Positions 34,329 through 43,187 of a stretch of DNA of 64,000 nucleotides are shown piece by piece. Origin of the DNA: a virus (taxonomy: Duplodnaviria > Caudoviricetes); the IMG/VR virus record IMGVR_UViG_3300035182_002389, positions 128,001-192,000 of that record; one strand, 5' to 3'. The number at the start of each line of letters is the position of its first letter. Positions within the stretch are counted from its first letter, which is position 1. Position numbers and translations under genes: made by a program. Below the pieces are notes generated by a model. That model worked only from the letters and a program-made list of their open reading frames with translations, had not been told where the DNA came from and searched no databases.

Positions 34329-34688
34329 ATGAAAGAGTTGACCAACACCGAGAGACTTTGCGCAACGCTGCTCTACTACTTCACGAGCGGCATGGAAGCG
34401 CAGCAGGTCATCGCCTCCGATCCGAAAGCGAAGAGCATCGGGGTCGAAGCGCCGACCGACCAGAACCTCGAAGAGATCCGACACAAGACTCCCATCGCCG
34501 TATGGGAAGCTGTGATGCCTGCCGCCGAAGACGTTGTCCGACGCATCGTCGAGACGGAGCCGCGCGACGCCGGCGTCGTCGCACGAGAAGCGCTCGGCGC
34601 CGTGCGCAAGATCCAGAAGAACGTCGAGTCCTTTCTCGGCTCGCGCTCCGTTCGCCCCATGAGCGAAACGACTCGTCGTAAGTCCTAG
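34329..34688 (+). CDS. Hypothetical protein
   Basis: First gene after the terminator. Confidence 0.6.
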   Translation: MKELTNTERLCATLLYYFTSGMEAQQVIASDPKAKSIGVEAPTDQNLEEIRHKTPIAVWEAVMPAAEDVVRRIVETEPRDAGVVAREALGAVRKIQKNVESFLGSRSVRPMSETTRRKS

Positions 34689-34793
34689 CCGCCACTCTCG
34701 CGCAAGATGCGTGCGCGATCGATTGAGGTGGTTATGGTCTTGACTCGGTCCGAGGCATGTGCGCCTCGATGACTGTATGAAGAGATTTGTCCC

Positions 34794-35288
34794 ATGGCCG
34801 TCAAGAAGATCGCGAAAGCCTCGGAGACTCTGACCATCCAGCTCCGCCGCCACCTCGAAATCGTGAACCGGATCACCCACGAGCACACCGCTTCGGTGAT
34901 TCAGACCCTTCGAGACGAAAACGACTCTCTGCGCAGGCAGATCAAGGACGATCGAAGCGAGCAGAGCGAACGGCTGCGAAATAGGGATCGGGCCATGGAG
35001 AGCATGCTCCAGTCGCTTCTCCCCATGCTCCCCATCGTCATCTCGCGCTTCTCTGGACCCTCGAACGAGTCCGGCGTCCCGCACACGGTCGCTCAGCAGG
35101 CCGTCTTCGACGTCGCCATCTTCAAGAGCTTCCTCGGCACCATCAACGAGGAGGAGTTCAACGTGCTCATCAACACCTTCGGCGGACGCCTCGCGGGCAT
35201 CATGGATCTCGCGGCTCGATACAAGCGCGAATACGAAGAAGCCCAGGGCTTCAAGAGCGACGCAAAGAAAGACCCGACCTCTCACTGA
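34794..35288 (+). CDS. Coiled-coil protein paralogous to the C-terminal half of 35343
   Basis: QSLLPMLPIVISRF..FKSFLGTINEEEF..TFGGRLAGIMDLAARYKREYEE. Confidence 0.7.
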   Translation: MAVKKIAKASETLTIQLRRHLEIVNRITHEHTASVIQTLRDENDSLRRQIKDDRSEQSERLRNRDRAMESMLQSLLPMLPIVISRFSGPSNESGVPHTVAQQAVFDVAIFKSFLGTINEEEFNVLINTFGGRLAGIMDLAARYKREYEEAQGFKSDAKKDPTSH

Positions 35289-35342
35289 CTTGGCAGACGG
35301 GGCTGGGCGAGATTTCAACGCGAAACATCAGGAGGACGGGGC

Positions 35343-36251
35343 ATGGTCAACAAGGCGGATCTCATCAAGTGGGTGCGCAAGGCAGTCGAGGTCGGCCGCA
35401 ACGGAGTCGTCGCCAACGCCTTCAAGATCATCCACGCATCGGTCGGCAACTCCGGCACCGAGGTCGAGGAGTGGAGCAGGCCGTTCGGCGAGATCGGCGA
35501 TCTTGCCCAGCAGATGATCGACACGATCAACCGTGACTCCGAAGGCATGGAGGAGCACACGGTCACGTACCACATCCTCCCCTTCTTCGGAGAGTCGACC
35601 AAGCCGCTCGGCCGCTACCCGGTCAAGATCGACAACATCAACTACAACGACCCGGAGACCAGCTCCCTTCTCCCCCAAGAAGGAGCGCACCCGAAGGGGC
35701 TGCTCGCCCAGAACCAGCGCCACCTCGAAGGGCTCTGGAAGCTCACGGCAGGCAGCATTCACGAGGCCATGCGTCGCCTCTCCGAAGAGAACGCGTCCTT
35801 GCGCGAGCAGGTCAAGAGCATGGGCGACATGCACCTCCAAATGGTGCAGATGCGAGAGGATCTCCTCGATCGCAAGCAGGAGCGCCAGATCAAGGCCGAG
35901 AGAGCTGCGTCTGCCGAGCACATGAAGACCATGCTCATCCAGCAGCTCCTGCCGTTCCTGCCCATCGTCGTGAACAAAATCCAAGGCAAACGAGTTCTGC
36001 CCGAAGCCATCCATCCCGACGTCGAGCAGTTCAAGGTCTTCCTCAGCGGAATCAAGGAGGACGAGCTGGGCGTCCTCGTTCAGACCTTCGGCCCGCGTCT
36101 CGCTCCGCTCATGGATCTCGCCATCAAGTACAAGAAGGAATACGAAGACAAGGCCAAGGCCCACTCCGATCGCGCAAGCGAGCTGATGCCTTCCATGCCC
36201 GGACCGGGACCTCTTCCTGGCTTCCCTGCGCCTCGGGGCCTCGGGAGCTGA
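35343..36251 (+). CDS. Coiled-coil protein with amphipathic helix
   Basis: QQLLPFLPIVVNKI..FKVFLSGIKEDEL..TFGPRLAPLMDLAIKYKKEYED. Confidence 0.7.
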   Translation: MVNKADLIKWVRKAVEVGRNGVVANAFKIIHASVGNSGTEVEEWSRPFGEIGDLAQQMIDTINRDSEGMEEHTVTYHILPFFGESTKPLGRYPVKIDNINYNDPETSSLLPQEGAHPKGLLAQNQRHLEGLWKLTAGSIHEAMRRLSEENASLREQVKSMGDMHLQMVQMREDLLDRKQERQIKAERAASAEHMKTMLIQQLLPFLPIVVNKIQGKRVLPEAIHPDVEQFKVFLSGIKEDELGVLVQTFGPRLAPLMDLAIKYKKEYEDKAKAHSDRASELMPSMPGPGPLPGFPAPRGLGS

Positions 36252-36275
36252 CAGATCGGCTACCATGAGGAGGCC

Positions 36276-36479
36276 ATGTCCAAGGTCACCTCGTACTACG
36301 CGCAGCGTCCCGCCCTCACCCACCTCGTGAGGACCGGGGCGCTCGCCGATTTGGGCGATCAGGACCCTCTTGGGATTCCTCGCAGGTCCAACGGCGACGC
36401 GGTCGGACTGCTCGTCCTCACCACGGCGACCTCCATCGCGGGAGCTTTGCTCCTCTACCAGCTCACCCGCCACGACTGA
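36276..36479 (+). CDS. Small TM protein with RPxL...TG leader
   Basis: YAQRPALTHLVRTGA..C-terminal TM; GAGGAGG SD. Confidence 0.65.
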   Translation: MSKVTSYYAQRPALTHLVRTGALADLGDQDPLGIPRRSNGDAVGLLVLTTATSIAGALLLYQLTRHD

Positions 36480-36486
36480 AATGTCC

Positions 36487-36536
36487 CGAATACAGCAGGT
36501 ATTGCCCCGAATACCTCAGAACAGCGCCTCGAATAC
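36487..36536 (+). repeat. Three phased CGAATAC direct repeats (36487, 36508, 36530)
   Basis: Spacing of 21 and 22 bp; inverted AGGTATT/AATACCT at 36497-36516. Confidence 0.6.
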
Positions 36537-36549
36537 CTTCCGACGCCCC

Positions 36550-36564
36550 GACTTTCGACAAGCC
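36550..36564. promoter_or_regulatory. Palindromic motif GACTT-TCGAC-AAGCC
   Basis: Intergenic, upstream of the histone-like genes; TTGACA at 36584. Confidence 0.75.
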
Positions 36565-36677
36565 GACGCCTTAGACGTTGTGCTTGACAGCCGAAAATCA
36601 TGTATCGTGGTCCTCGTGCTGAGGCCAAAGGCCTCGCCTCCTTCCAAACCCGGAAGGCAAAGAAGGGACGGCCTCTC

Positions 36678-37220
36678 ATGGCGTGGACACTCGAAGGCAC
36701 CAAGAAGGCAATCGCGACGATCACCAAGCAGCTCAAGACGGGCAAGAACAAGGCGGGCAAGAAGCTCACCGCGTCCGGCCGCATGATGCTGGAGTGCGCC
36801 CTCGTCACGCAGCAGAACAACTTCGCGAAGCTCACGGGCCACCCGAAGGCCGCCCTCGCCGTCGGCGCCGGTAAGAAGTCGGCCAAGAAGAAGACCACGA
36901 AGAAGGCCGCGAAGAAGAAGGCCGCGAAGAAGAAGGCCGCGAAGAAGAAGGCCGCGAAGACCGTCGCCGGATCCTTCTCGGTCCCGAAGAAGACCGCGAA
37001 GAAGGCCGCGAAGAAGCGCCCGGCGAAGAAGACCGCGAAGAAGACCGCCAAGAAACGTCCGGCGAAGAAGACCGCGAAGAAGACCGCCAAGAAGCGTCCG
37101 GCGAAGAAGACCGCCAAGAAGCGTCCGGCGAAGAAGGCCGCCAAGAAACGCCCGGCGAAGAAGGCCAAGAAGAGCGCGAAGAAGACCAAGAAGAGCGCGA
37201 AGAAGTCGGCCAAGAAGTAG
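36678..37220 (+). CDS. Histone H1-like Lys/Ala-rich DNA-binding protein 1
   Basis: Tandem KKAAKK / AKKRPAKKT repeats after a short globular N-terminus. Confidence 0.8.
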   Translation: MAWTLEGTKKAIATITKQLKTGKNKAGKKLTASGRMMLECALVTQQNNFAKLTGHPKAALAVGAGKKSAKKKTTKKAAKKKAAKKKAAKKKAAKTVAGSFSVPKKTAKKAAKKRPAKKTAKKTAKKRPAKKTAKKTAKKRPAKKTAKKRPAKKAAKKRPAKKAKKSAKKTKKSAKKSAKK

Positions 37221-37264
37221 TCCAGGCCCCGCGCGTTCCACCCTCCCACGAAAGAGAGATCACG

Positions 37265-37501
37265 ATGGCGGCGAAGAAGAAGACGACGAAGAAGAGCGCG
37301 AAGAAGAGCCCCAAGCGCGCCAAGAGCGCCAAGGCGCCGCACGCTGCGAAGAAGGCCGCTGCGGCGAAGGTTCTGGAGAAGAACGGCGCGTCCAAGAAGA
37401 CGATGGCCTATCTCCAGAAGATGATCGGCAAGCTCCCGGCTGCGCACTCGGTCATCATCATCGAGTCCTGGCGGCGCCCCGCGAAGAAGCGCGCGAAGTA
37501 G
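37265..37501 (+). CDS. Histone H1-like basic protein 2
   Basis: MAAKKKTTKKSAKKSPKRAK. Confidence 0.75.
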   Translation: MAAKKKTTKKSAKKSPKRAKSAKAPHAAKKAAAAKVLEKNGASKKTMAYLQKMIGKLPAAHSVIIIESWRRPAKKRAK

Positions 37502-37553
37502 CTCGCGCCCCGAAACCCTCAGAGTCTGCCCTTACCGGCGCAAGGAGACGTTC

Positions 37554-38546
37554 ATGGCTGCGAAGAAGAGTGCGAAGAAGGCGAAGAAGGCGAAGAAGCC
37601 CGCCAAGGCCCGCAAGCCCGCCAAGGCCCGCAAGCCCGTCAAGGCTCACAAGACGGCGAAGAAGACCGCGAAGGCTCGGAAGCCTGCGAAGAAGACCGCG
37701 AAGCGCTCGAAGGCCACCATGAGCAAGCGCGACGCGCAGCTCAAGCGTCTGCTCGGCCTGCGCGCCTTCCACAAGCGTCAGGGCCACGACACGTCCGACA
37801 TGGACGCGAAGCTCGCCAAGATGATGCCGGGCAAGTGGGACGAGGCGGTCACCATCGCGAAGGTCGGCAAGCCGGCGAAGGCTCGCAAGCCGAAGTCGCG
37901 CAAGCCGAAGAAGGCCGCGAAGAAGTCGGCGAAAAAGTCCCCCAAGAAGTCGGCCAAGAAGAAGGCGCACCTCGGCTACACGCCGACCGGACGCCCGAAG
38001 CAGAAGCTCGACAAGAAGAGCCGTCGCTACAAGGCGGCCGTCATCAACGTCGCGAAGGCTCGCCTCTTCCGTCACACGAAGAAGCTCGTCGACGCCGGCG
38101 TCCTCACCCCCGACGAGGGGCGCAAGCTCGCGGGCGACATCGAGCTGGACTTCAGCAAGCTCGGCGCCGACCACCCGCTCGCCAAGGAAGCGGCGGCCAA
38201 GCTCGCGGCCCAGGAAGAGGCTCGCCTCAACTCCATCGCCGCCGAAGCGAAGCGTCGTGAAGGCATCCGCACCGGCCGAGCCGCACACGGTTCCGGCCGC
38301 ATGGCGACCGGCGGCAAGCGTGCTCTTCCGGCACGCCCCACGCGCCACCGCGGACCGAACGTCTCGGCGTCCTTCGGGCGCAGCGCGTCGACGGGCGTTC
38401 CGAACGTCTCCGCCGCGGCTCCCCACGGCCGTCTCATGACGAAGGCCGAGTTCGAGATCATGGACCGCAAACGTCGGGAGGCCGAGCGCCTGCCGCACTT
38501 CAAGATGGAAGGTGAGGAAAGCGAGCCCGTCACCATCCGCCGCTGA
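37554..38546 (+). CDS. Histone H1-like basic protein 3 with internal helical domains
   Basis: AKKAKKPAKARKP repeats; KKSPKK motif; GGAG SD. Confidence 0.75.
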   Translation: MAAKKSAKKAKKAKKPAKARKPAKARKPVKAHKTAKKTAKARKPAKKTAKRSKATMSKRDAQLKRLLGLRAFHKRQGHDTSDMDAKLAKMMPGKWDEAVTIAKVGKPAKARKPKSRKPKKAAKKSAKKSPKKSAKKKAHLGYTPTGRPKQKLDKKSRRYKAAVINVAKARLFRHTKKLVDAGVLTPDEGRKLAGDIELDFSKLGADHPLAKEAAAKLAAQEEARLNSIAAEAKRREGIRTGRAAHGSGRMATGGKRALPARPTRHRGPNVSASFGRSASTGVPNVSAAAPHGRLMTKAEFEIMDRKRREAERLPHFKMEGEESEPVTIRR

Positions 38547-38616
38547 TCCAATCGGATCTCACAACGCGCCCTGCTCTTCTTCTTGGAGGGCGGGGCGCAG
38601 TGCTATCATCTGACGC

Positions 38617-38805
38617 ATGGACGCAGCCGATCGGCCCATCCTTGCGCGGCTCATGGATGGAACTCGTATGACCCCGAACGGCTTCTTTCTTGGCGCCGTG
38701 TCTGGCAGCGTCCTCGCCGTCCTCGGACTGCTCCTCCAACGCAAGCGCATCCTCGAACGCGAGCGAGACGTCGAAGCCTCCATCGAGGCCTCCGTTCCGC
38801 GGTGA
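38617..38805 (+). CDS. Small TM protein with RPIL leader
   Basis: MDAADRPILARLMDG..TM..RKR; TATCAT -10-like box upstream. Confidence 0.6.
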   Translation: MDAADRPILARLMDGTRMTPNGFFLGAVSGSVLAVLGLLLQRKRILERERDVEASIEASVPR

Positions 38806-38836
38806 CGTTCGATAAAGAGGTGATTAGGATGGCGAG

Positions 38837-39964
38837 ATGACCATCTTCCGCTGCGTCGCGTGCGAGGCGCTCACGCAGGTGTCGTTCCCTCACTGCCGCA
38901 CGTGTGGCACGACCAACGGCTACCACAAAGCGCCGAAGGGGACACGGATGCCCAGACCCAAGCCCGAAGGCGCCGGCGGAGCGCCCGGCATGGGAGGATT
39001 CGGCGATTTTGGCGGAGGGTTTGGCGGCGTCGATGACGCGCCCCTTGACCTCGATCCGGTGGGCGGCGCTCCTGGGTTCGATCCGCCCGGACTTGGCGGA
39101 CCGCCCGGCCCAACCGGCAAGAAGATCCGAAACACAGCAGGCTACGAAGAGCCCGACAAGAAGCCGCGCGCCGTATCCATCGGCCGCGTCGCCGTGCAAA
39201 AGCGAAGGCGCCTCGCGACCGGAATCAAGCAGCTCGATCGCGTTCTCGGAGGCAGCGAGCAGAAAGGGTTCGGCATCGTCACCGGGTCCTCTGTCATGGT
39301 CGATGGAAGCCCCGGCATCGGTAAATCCACGCTGCTCCTTCAAGCGGCTGCGAAGCTTGCGCTGCAAGGACCCGTCCTCGTCGCAACCGGCGAGGAGGCC
39401 ATCGACGACATCAAAGAGCGCGCGCTGCGTCTGAAGATCCTCAAGGATCCGACGGTCCGAAAGAACCTGCTCCTCGTCGAGATGACCGACACTGACGATC
39501 TCATCGAGATCATCGAGAAGCGAAAGCCCATCGCCGTCATCATGGACTCGGTGCAGATGTTCATCTCAGAGAATGCCGTCGGTCAAGCCGGCTCCGAACC
39601 TCAGTGCAAGTACATCCTGAATGAGCTGATCAAGAAGACGACAAAGCCCATGGGCATCGCTCTCTTCATCGTCTCGCAGGTGACCAAGGACGGCGATGCG
39701 CGAGGTCCCAACACCATCGCGCACATGGTCGACGCACACCTCAAGTTCGACCGCGAGAACCCCAAGGATCTCTCCGACGTGAAGCGCCGCCTCTGGCAAA
39801 AGAAGAACCGCAACGGCAACATCGCCATCACGGGCCGCTTCTGGATGACCGACAAGGGGCTGCGAGGTCTCAAGCACAAAGACGTTGTCGACTTCACAGC
39901 TCCGCGCAAGGAGCCGAAGATCAAAAAATCCGCGCGCGATCACGGACACAGCAAGGCGGCTTGA
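38837..39964 (+). CDS. radA: RadA/Sms-like recombination ATPase lacking the C-terminal Lon-like domain
   Basis: N-terminal CxxC..CxxC zinc ribbon, ATGIKQLDRVLGG, Walker A GSPGIGKST, Walker B IMDSVQ, GP..IAHMVD, KNRNG (canonical KNRFG). Confidence 0.85.
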   Translation: MTIFRCVACEALTQVSFPHCRTCGTTNGYHKAPKGTRMPRPKPEGAGGAPGMGGFGDFGGGFGGVDDAPLDLDPVGGAPGFDPPGLGGPPGPTGKKIRNTAGYEEPDKKPRAVSIGRVAVQKRRRLATGIKQLDRVLGGSEQKGFGIVTGSSVMVDGSPGIGKSTLLLQAAAKLALQGPVLVATGEEAIDDIKERALRLKILKDPTVRKNLLLVEMTDTDDLIEIIEKRKPIAVIMDSVQMFISENAVGQAGSEPQCKYILNELIKKTTKPMGIALFIVSQVTKDGDARGPNTIAHMVDAHLKFDRENPKDLSDVKRRLWQKKNRNGNIAITGRFWMTDKGLRGLKHKDVVDFTAPRKEPKIKKSARDHGHSKAA

Positions 39965-39972
39965 GACAAGCC
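39958..39972. promoter_or_regulatory. Palindromic motif GGCTT-GAGAC-AAGCC
   Basis: Overlaps the radA stop; TAGGAT at about 40037; upstream of the fibre operon. Confidence 0.7.
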
Positions 39973-40067
39973 AGCGCGATCTGACCGAGCCGATCAGGCC
40001 CAACCATCGCTGCTAGGAAGCTCTGACGAACAGCGGTAGGATACGCTTCTAGGAGAGAAGCCGCCCG

Positions 40068-40835
40068 ATGTCCGTCACCATCGTCAAGCCGAACGTCACG
40101 GACGACCCGCTCCCCAGCGTCGTGCCGCCGCCTGGCTACCGCCTCTTTCCCGTCGCCAACTTCTCGCCAAGCGGAAACGTTGCAGGGCAGATCGTCATCG
40201 AGGGACAGATTCTCAACGCGGCAGGTCGACCTGTCGCAAGCGGATCCACCTACGACGCAGAGCTTTTTCTCTTCGTTCAGGGACAGTGGATGCTTGCCGG
40301 TCGCCCGGTCATCAGCGCATCGGGAGGGGACGGCCCCTCCGCGCCTTTCGGGTCGGGCGGCGGGCACAAGTCTGCTCGCTACATCAGCTTCCTGTTCGGG
40401 GGACTCATCGACGTCGTTGCGCAAGGATTTCTTCGCATCACCAACGTGCAGTCGCCCACCGAACTGGCCGGCAGCATGGTCTTCAACATCCACGCGGCCG
40501 AGCCGACGGCGACCAATCCGCGAAGCTTGTCGGGCACGCCGGAGGCTTCTCTCACGGCCCCAAGCAACTGGAGAACGCTTCCGACGTTCTCCAACACCAC
40601 CGCCATCGATCCGCTCGTCACTGTTCCTACGCCCGTCGAACAGTACGTCCTTCTTCAGACCGACCCGCTGAGCCCGAGGCCTGCCTTCATTTGCAGCGCC
40701 GCGACACCTGCCGGCGACGGATACCTGCTTCTTCAGGGTGAAGAAATCCAGTGGCCCACGCGCGATGCGAGCGAAATCTACATTCGCTCCAACGGCATTC
40801 CGACCAACGTCATCGTCCGGGCCACCAAGTTCTAG
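40068..40835 (+). CDS. Beta-rich two-domain structural protein (penton/vertex-like), paralog A
   Basis: Aligns over its full length with 40864; C-domain VLLQTD..G..L..GEEIQW..IYI. Confidence 0.65.
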   Translation: MSVTIVKPNVTDDPLPSVVPPPGYRLFPVANFSPSGNVAGQIVIEGQILNAAGRPVASGSTYDAELFLFVQGQWMLAGRPVISASGGDGPSAPFGSGGGHKSARYISFLFGGLIDVVAQGFLRITNVQSPTELAGSMVFNIHAAEPTATNPRSLSGTPEASLTAPSNWRTLPTFSNTTAIDPLVTVPTPVEQYVLLQTDPLSPRPAFICSAATPAGDGYLLLQGEEIQWPTRDASEIYIRSNGIPTNVIVRATKF

Positions 40836-40863
40836 TTCGCAGGCGACACGGGAGAAACACGAG

Positions 40864-41628
40864 ATGATCACGCCCATCGTCAAGCCCGACGTTCTGCCCG
40901 ATCCGGTTCCGGGTCTTGCGCCCTCCGTTCCAGGGTATCGGCGCTTCCCTGCCTCGAACTTCGTTCCCCGAGGGGGATTCGCAAACCAGATCACCGTCGA
41001 AGGACAGATTCTCGACGCCAACAAGCAGCCCGTCGCAGGCTCCTCCTACGACGCCATCCTGTACCTGCTCATCGACGGCATTTGGCGACAGGCAGGAAAG
41101 CCCGTCACAAACATCGCGGGCGGAAGCGGGCCGCAGCCCGCGCTTGGATCGGGCAGGGGATACACGTCCGCGCGCGTCGTCAGCTTTCTTTACGGGGGCA
41201 TCGTCGATGTTGCCGCCGAGGGCTACATTCAGGTCGTCAACATCGTCCCGCTCACCGGCGTCTCGATGCTCTTCAAGGTGCAGAGCCCCGAACCTTCTGC
41301 CACCGTTTCTCGAAGCCTCTCTGGCGCACCGGAGGTATCCCTCGCTCCGCCTGCGACCTGGAAGACGCTGCCCACGTTCGTGAATGCTGGCGCTCTCGGT
41401 CCTCTCGTCCCCGTTCCTACGCCGGTCGAGCAGTACGTTCTCCTTCAAGCGGACGCTGGCAACCCGGGCCAAACCGTCATCGTTAGCCAGGGCATCGGCA
41501 GCCTCAGCCAAGGCTTCGAGCTTGCTGCTGGCAAATCTATCCAGTGGCCGACGCGCGACGCCGGCAACATCTACATCCTCACCGACCAAGCGGCGGGCGC
41601 CATCACCATCCGCGTGACGAGGTTCTAA
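40864..41628 (+). CDS. Beta-rich two-domain structural protein, paralog B
   Basis: IVKP.V..DP.P..PGYR.FP..NF.P.G..A.QI..EGQIL shared with 40068. Confidence 0.65.
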   Translation: MITPIVKPDVLPDPVPGLAPSVPGYRRFPASNFVPRGGFANQITVEGQILDANKQPVAGSSYDAILYLLIDGIWRQAGKPVTNIAGGSGPQPALGSGRGYTSARVVSFLYGGIVDVAAEGYIQVVNIVPLTGVSMLFKVQSPEPSATVSRSLSGAPEVSLAPPATWKTLPTFVNAGALGPLVPVPTPVEQYVLLQADAGNPGQTVIVSQGIGSLSQGFELAAGKSIQWPTRDAGNIYILTDQAAGAITIRVTRF

Positions 41629-41630
41629 AC

Positions 41631-43121
41631 ATGCCCGTTTCCCGATCGGCCAAACTTCCCGTCGTCGAAGCCAAAAACAAGAAGGCTCCCACGGCCTCCA
41701 ATCCCGCGCTCGAACCTGCGCGAACGATTCCCCTCGCCATTGGGGGACCTCCCGTTCGCGGACCTGTCGGCGAAAAAGGTCTGGTCGGCGAGCGAGGGGC
41801 AAAAGGTCTCCTTGGCGACAAAGGACCCAAGGGCGACGCGGGGCCTCTTGGCTCTCCCGGACCCAAGGGCACGATCGGCGACAAGGGGCCGAAAGGTCCG
41901 CTTGGCGATCCTGGGCCGATCGGTCGGCAGGGGCCTGAAGGCGTGCAAGGCCCGAAGGGCGTTCAAGGACCCGTCGGCTCTCCAGGACCTATCGGGCCCG
42001 CGGGCAAAGAAGGGCCTACCGGACCGAAGGGCGAGATAGGCGCTCGCGGAGACAAGGGGCCGATGGGCGACGTCGGTCCCCAAGGTCCCCTCGGCTCGCC
42101 AGGACCCAAGGGCGACAAGGGGCCGGCCGGCGACAGGGGGGCGGTCGGGGACAAAGGGCTGATCGGCGACAAGGGGCCGATCGGTGACAAGGGGCCGGTC
42201 GGTGACAGGGGGGCGGTCGGGGACAAAGGGCCGATCGGCGACAAGGGGCCGATCGGTGACAAGGGGCCGGTCGGTGACAAGGGGCCGGTCGGCGAGCAAG
42301 GTCCGCAAGGTCCGCAAGGTCTCCGAGGCGAGCAGGGCCCTCTCGGCGACGGGGGGCCGATCGGGGACAGGGGGCCGATCGGGGACAAGGGCGCCACCGG
42401 CGACCAAGGCTCCACCATCCTGTTTCCCGCGACGCGACGAGCCTTCCAGGGCGCTTCGCACGTCTACTACCTCGACGAGTCTGCGCTGCCGCTCAAGAAC
42501 GCCGCAGGGCCCGACGGCATTCTCACCTCCGACGAGCCGAAGGGGCTCATCTTCCGCGACACGTCCCTCTTCAACCGAGGGACGCCGGCGCTGCGCATCC
42601 AAGGGCGCACCCCTTCACAGGGTGTCTACTCGACCGACGTCAACGCAGACGTGAGCCGTGGCGCCACACTCGAAGTCGTCTTCGAGCCGAGCGAGATGAC
42701 CCCCGACGTTCGGTGGATCGCCGAGCTGATCGGCGTCATCCCCCAGGGCGGCAAGCTCAACGCGTTGTCCATCGCGTTTTTCCCGAACACCCTGCGAGCC
42801 CAAGTCATCCTCGGAGGCGTCAGCGGCGAACACGCGCAGTTCACCGCCAGCGTCCCCTGGACCAACGGACGACGCACGGTGTTTGCGCTCAGGTTCGACC
42901 CCGCTCGCGGTACGCTCGACGCCATCCTCAACGGATTCGTCGAGTCCTCTGTCGCGACCCGTGGAATCATCGAGGTCCCGCTCTCTCAAATCGCCATCGG
43001 GCGCGCCATCAACAAGAGCGCGGCCTCGTGGAAGGGCACCATTTCCGAGGTCCGCTTGACCCCGTTTGCACAACCTGACGAATACTTCGTCGAAGGAGTG
43101 CGCGCGATGGGCTTGCTGTAG
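41631..43121 (+). CDS. Collagen-like fibre with C-terminal LamG/ConA-like domain
   Basis: About 72 uninterrupted Gly-X-Y triplets, then a beta domain ending IAIG..WKGTISEVRL. Confidence 0.85.
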   Translation: MPVSRSAKLPVVEAKNKKAPTASNPALEPARTIPLAIGGPPVRGPVGEKGLVGERGAKGLLGDKGPKGDAGPLGSPGPKGTIGDKGPKGPLGDPGPIGRQGPEGVQGPKGVQGPVGSPGPIGPAGKEGPTGPKGEIGARGDKGPMGDVGPQGPLGSPGPKGDKGPAGDRGAVGDKGLIGDKGPIGDKGPVGDRGAVGDKGPIGDKGPIGDKGPVGDKGPVGEQGPQGPQGLRGEQGPLGDGGPIGDRGPIGDKGATGDQGSTILFPATRRAFQGASHVYYLDESALPLKNAAGPDGILTSDEPKGLIFRDTSLFNRGTPALRIQGRTPSQGVYSTDVNADVSRGATLEVVFEPSEMTPDVRWIAELIGVIPQGGKLNALSIAFFPNTLRAQVILGGVSGEHAQFTASVPWTNGRRTVFALRFDPARGTLDAILNGFVESSVATRGIIEVPLSQIAIGRAINKSAASWKGTISEVRLTPFAQPDEYFVEGVRAMGLL

Positions 43122-43135
43122 TGCGACAAGGGTCC

Positions 43136-43150
43136 GGCTTATGATAAGCC
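43136..43150. promoter_or_regulatory. Palindromic motif GGCTT-ATGAT-AAGCC
   Basis: Perfect palindrome apart from the central base; intergenic. Confidence 0.8.
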
Positions 43151-43187
43151 TGCCATCCACAGACCTTCGACCACACGCAGGTACGTG

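Noticed and set aside
36584-36608. Canonical sigma70 promoter TTGACA...TATCGT
   Set aside because: The spacer is only 13 bp and no good -10 lies at 16-18 bp, so it is kept only as part of the regulatory-array finding.
37531-37545. Extra palindrome copy CTTACCGGCGCAAG before histone-like gene 3
   Set aside because: The half-site spacing is 8 rather than 5 and the flanks do not match.
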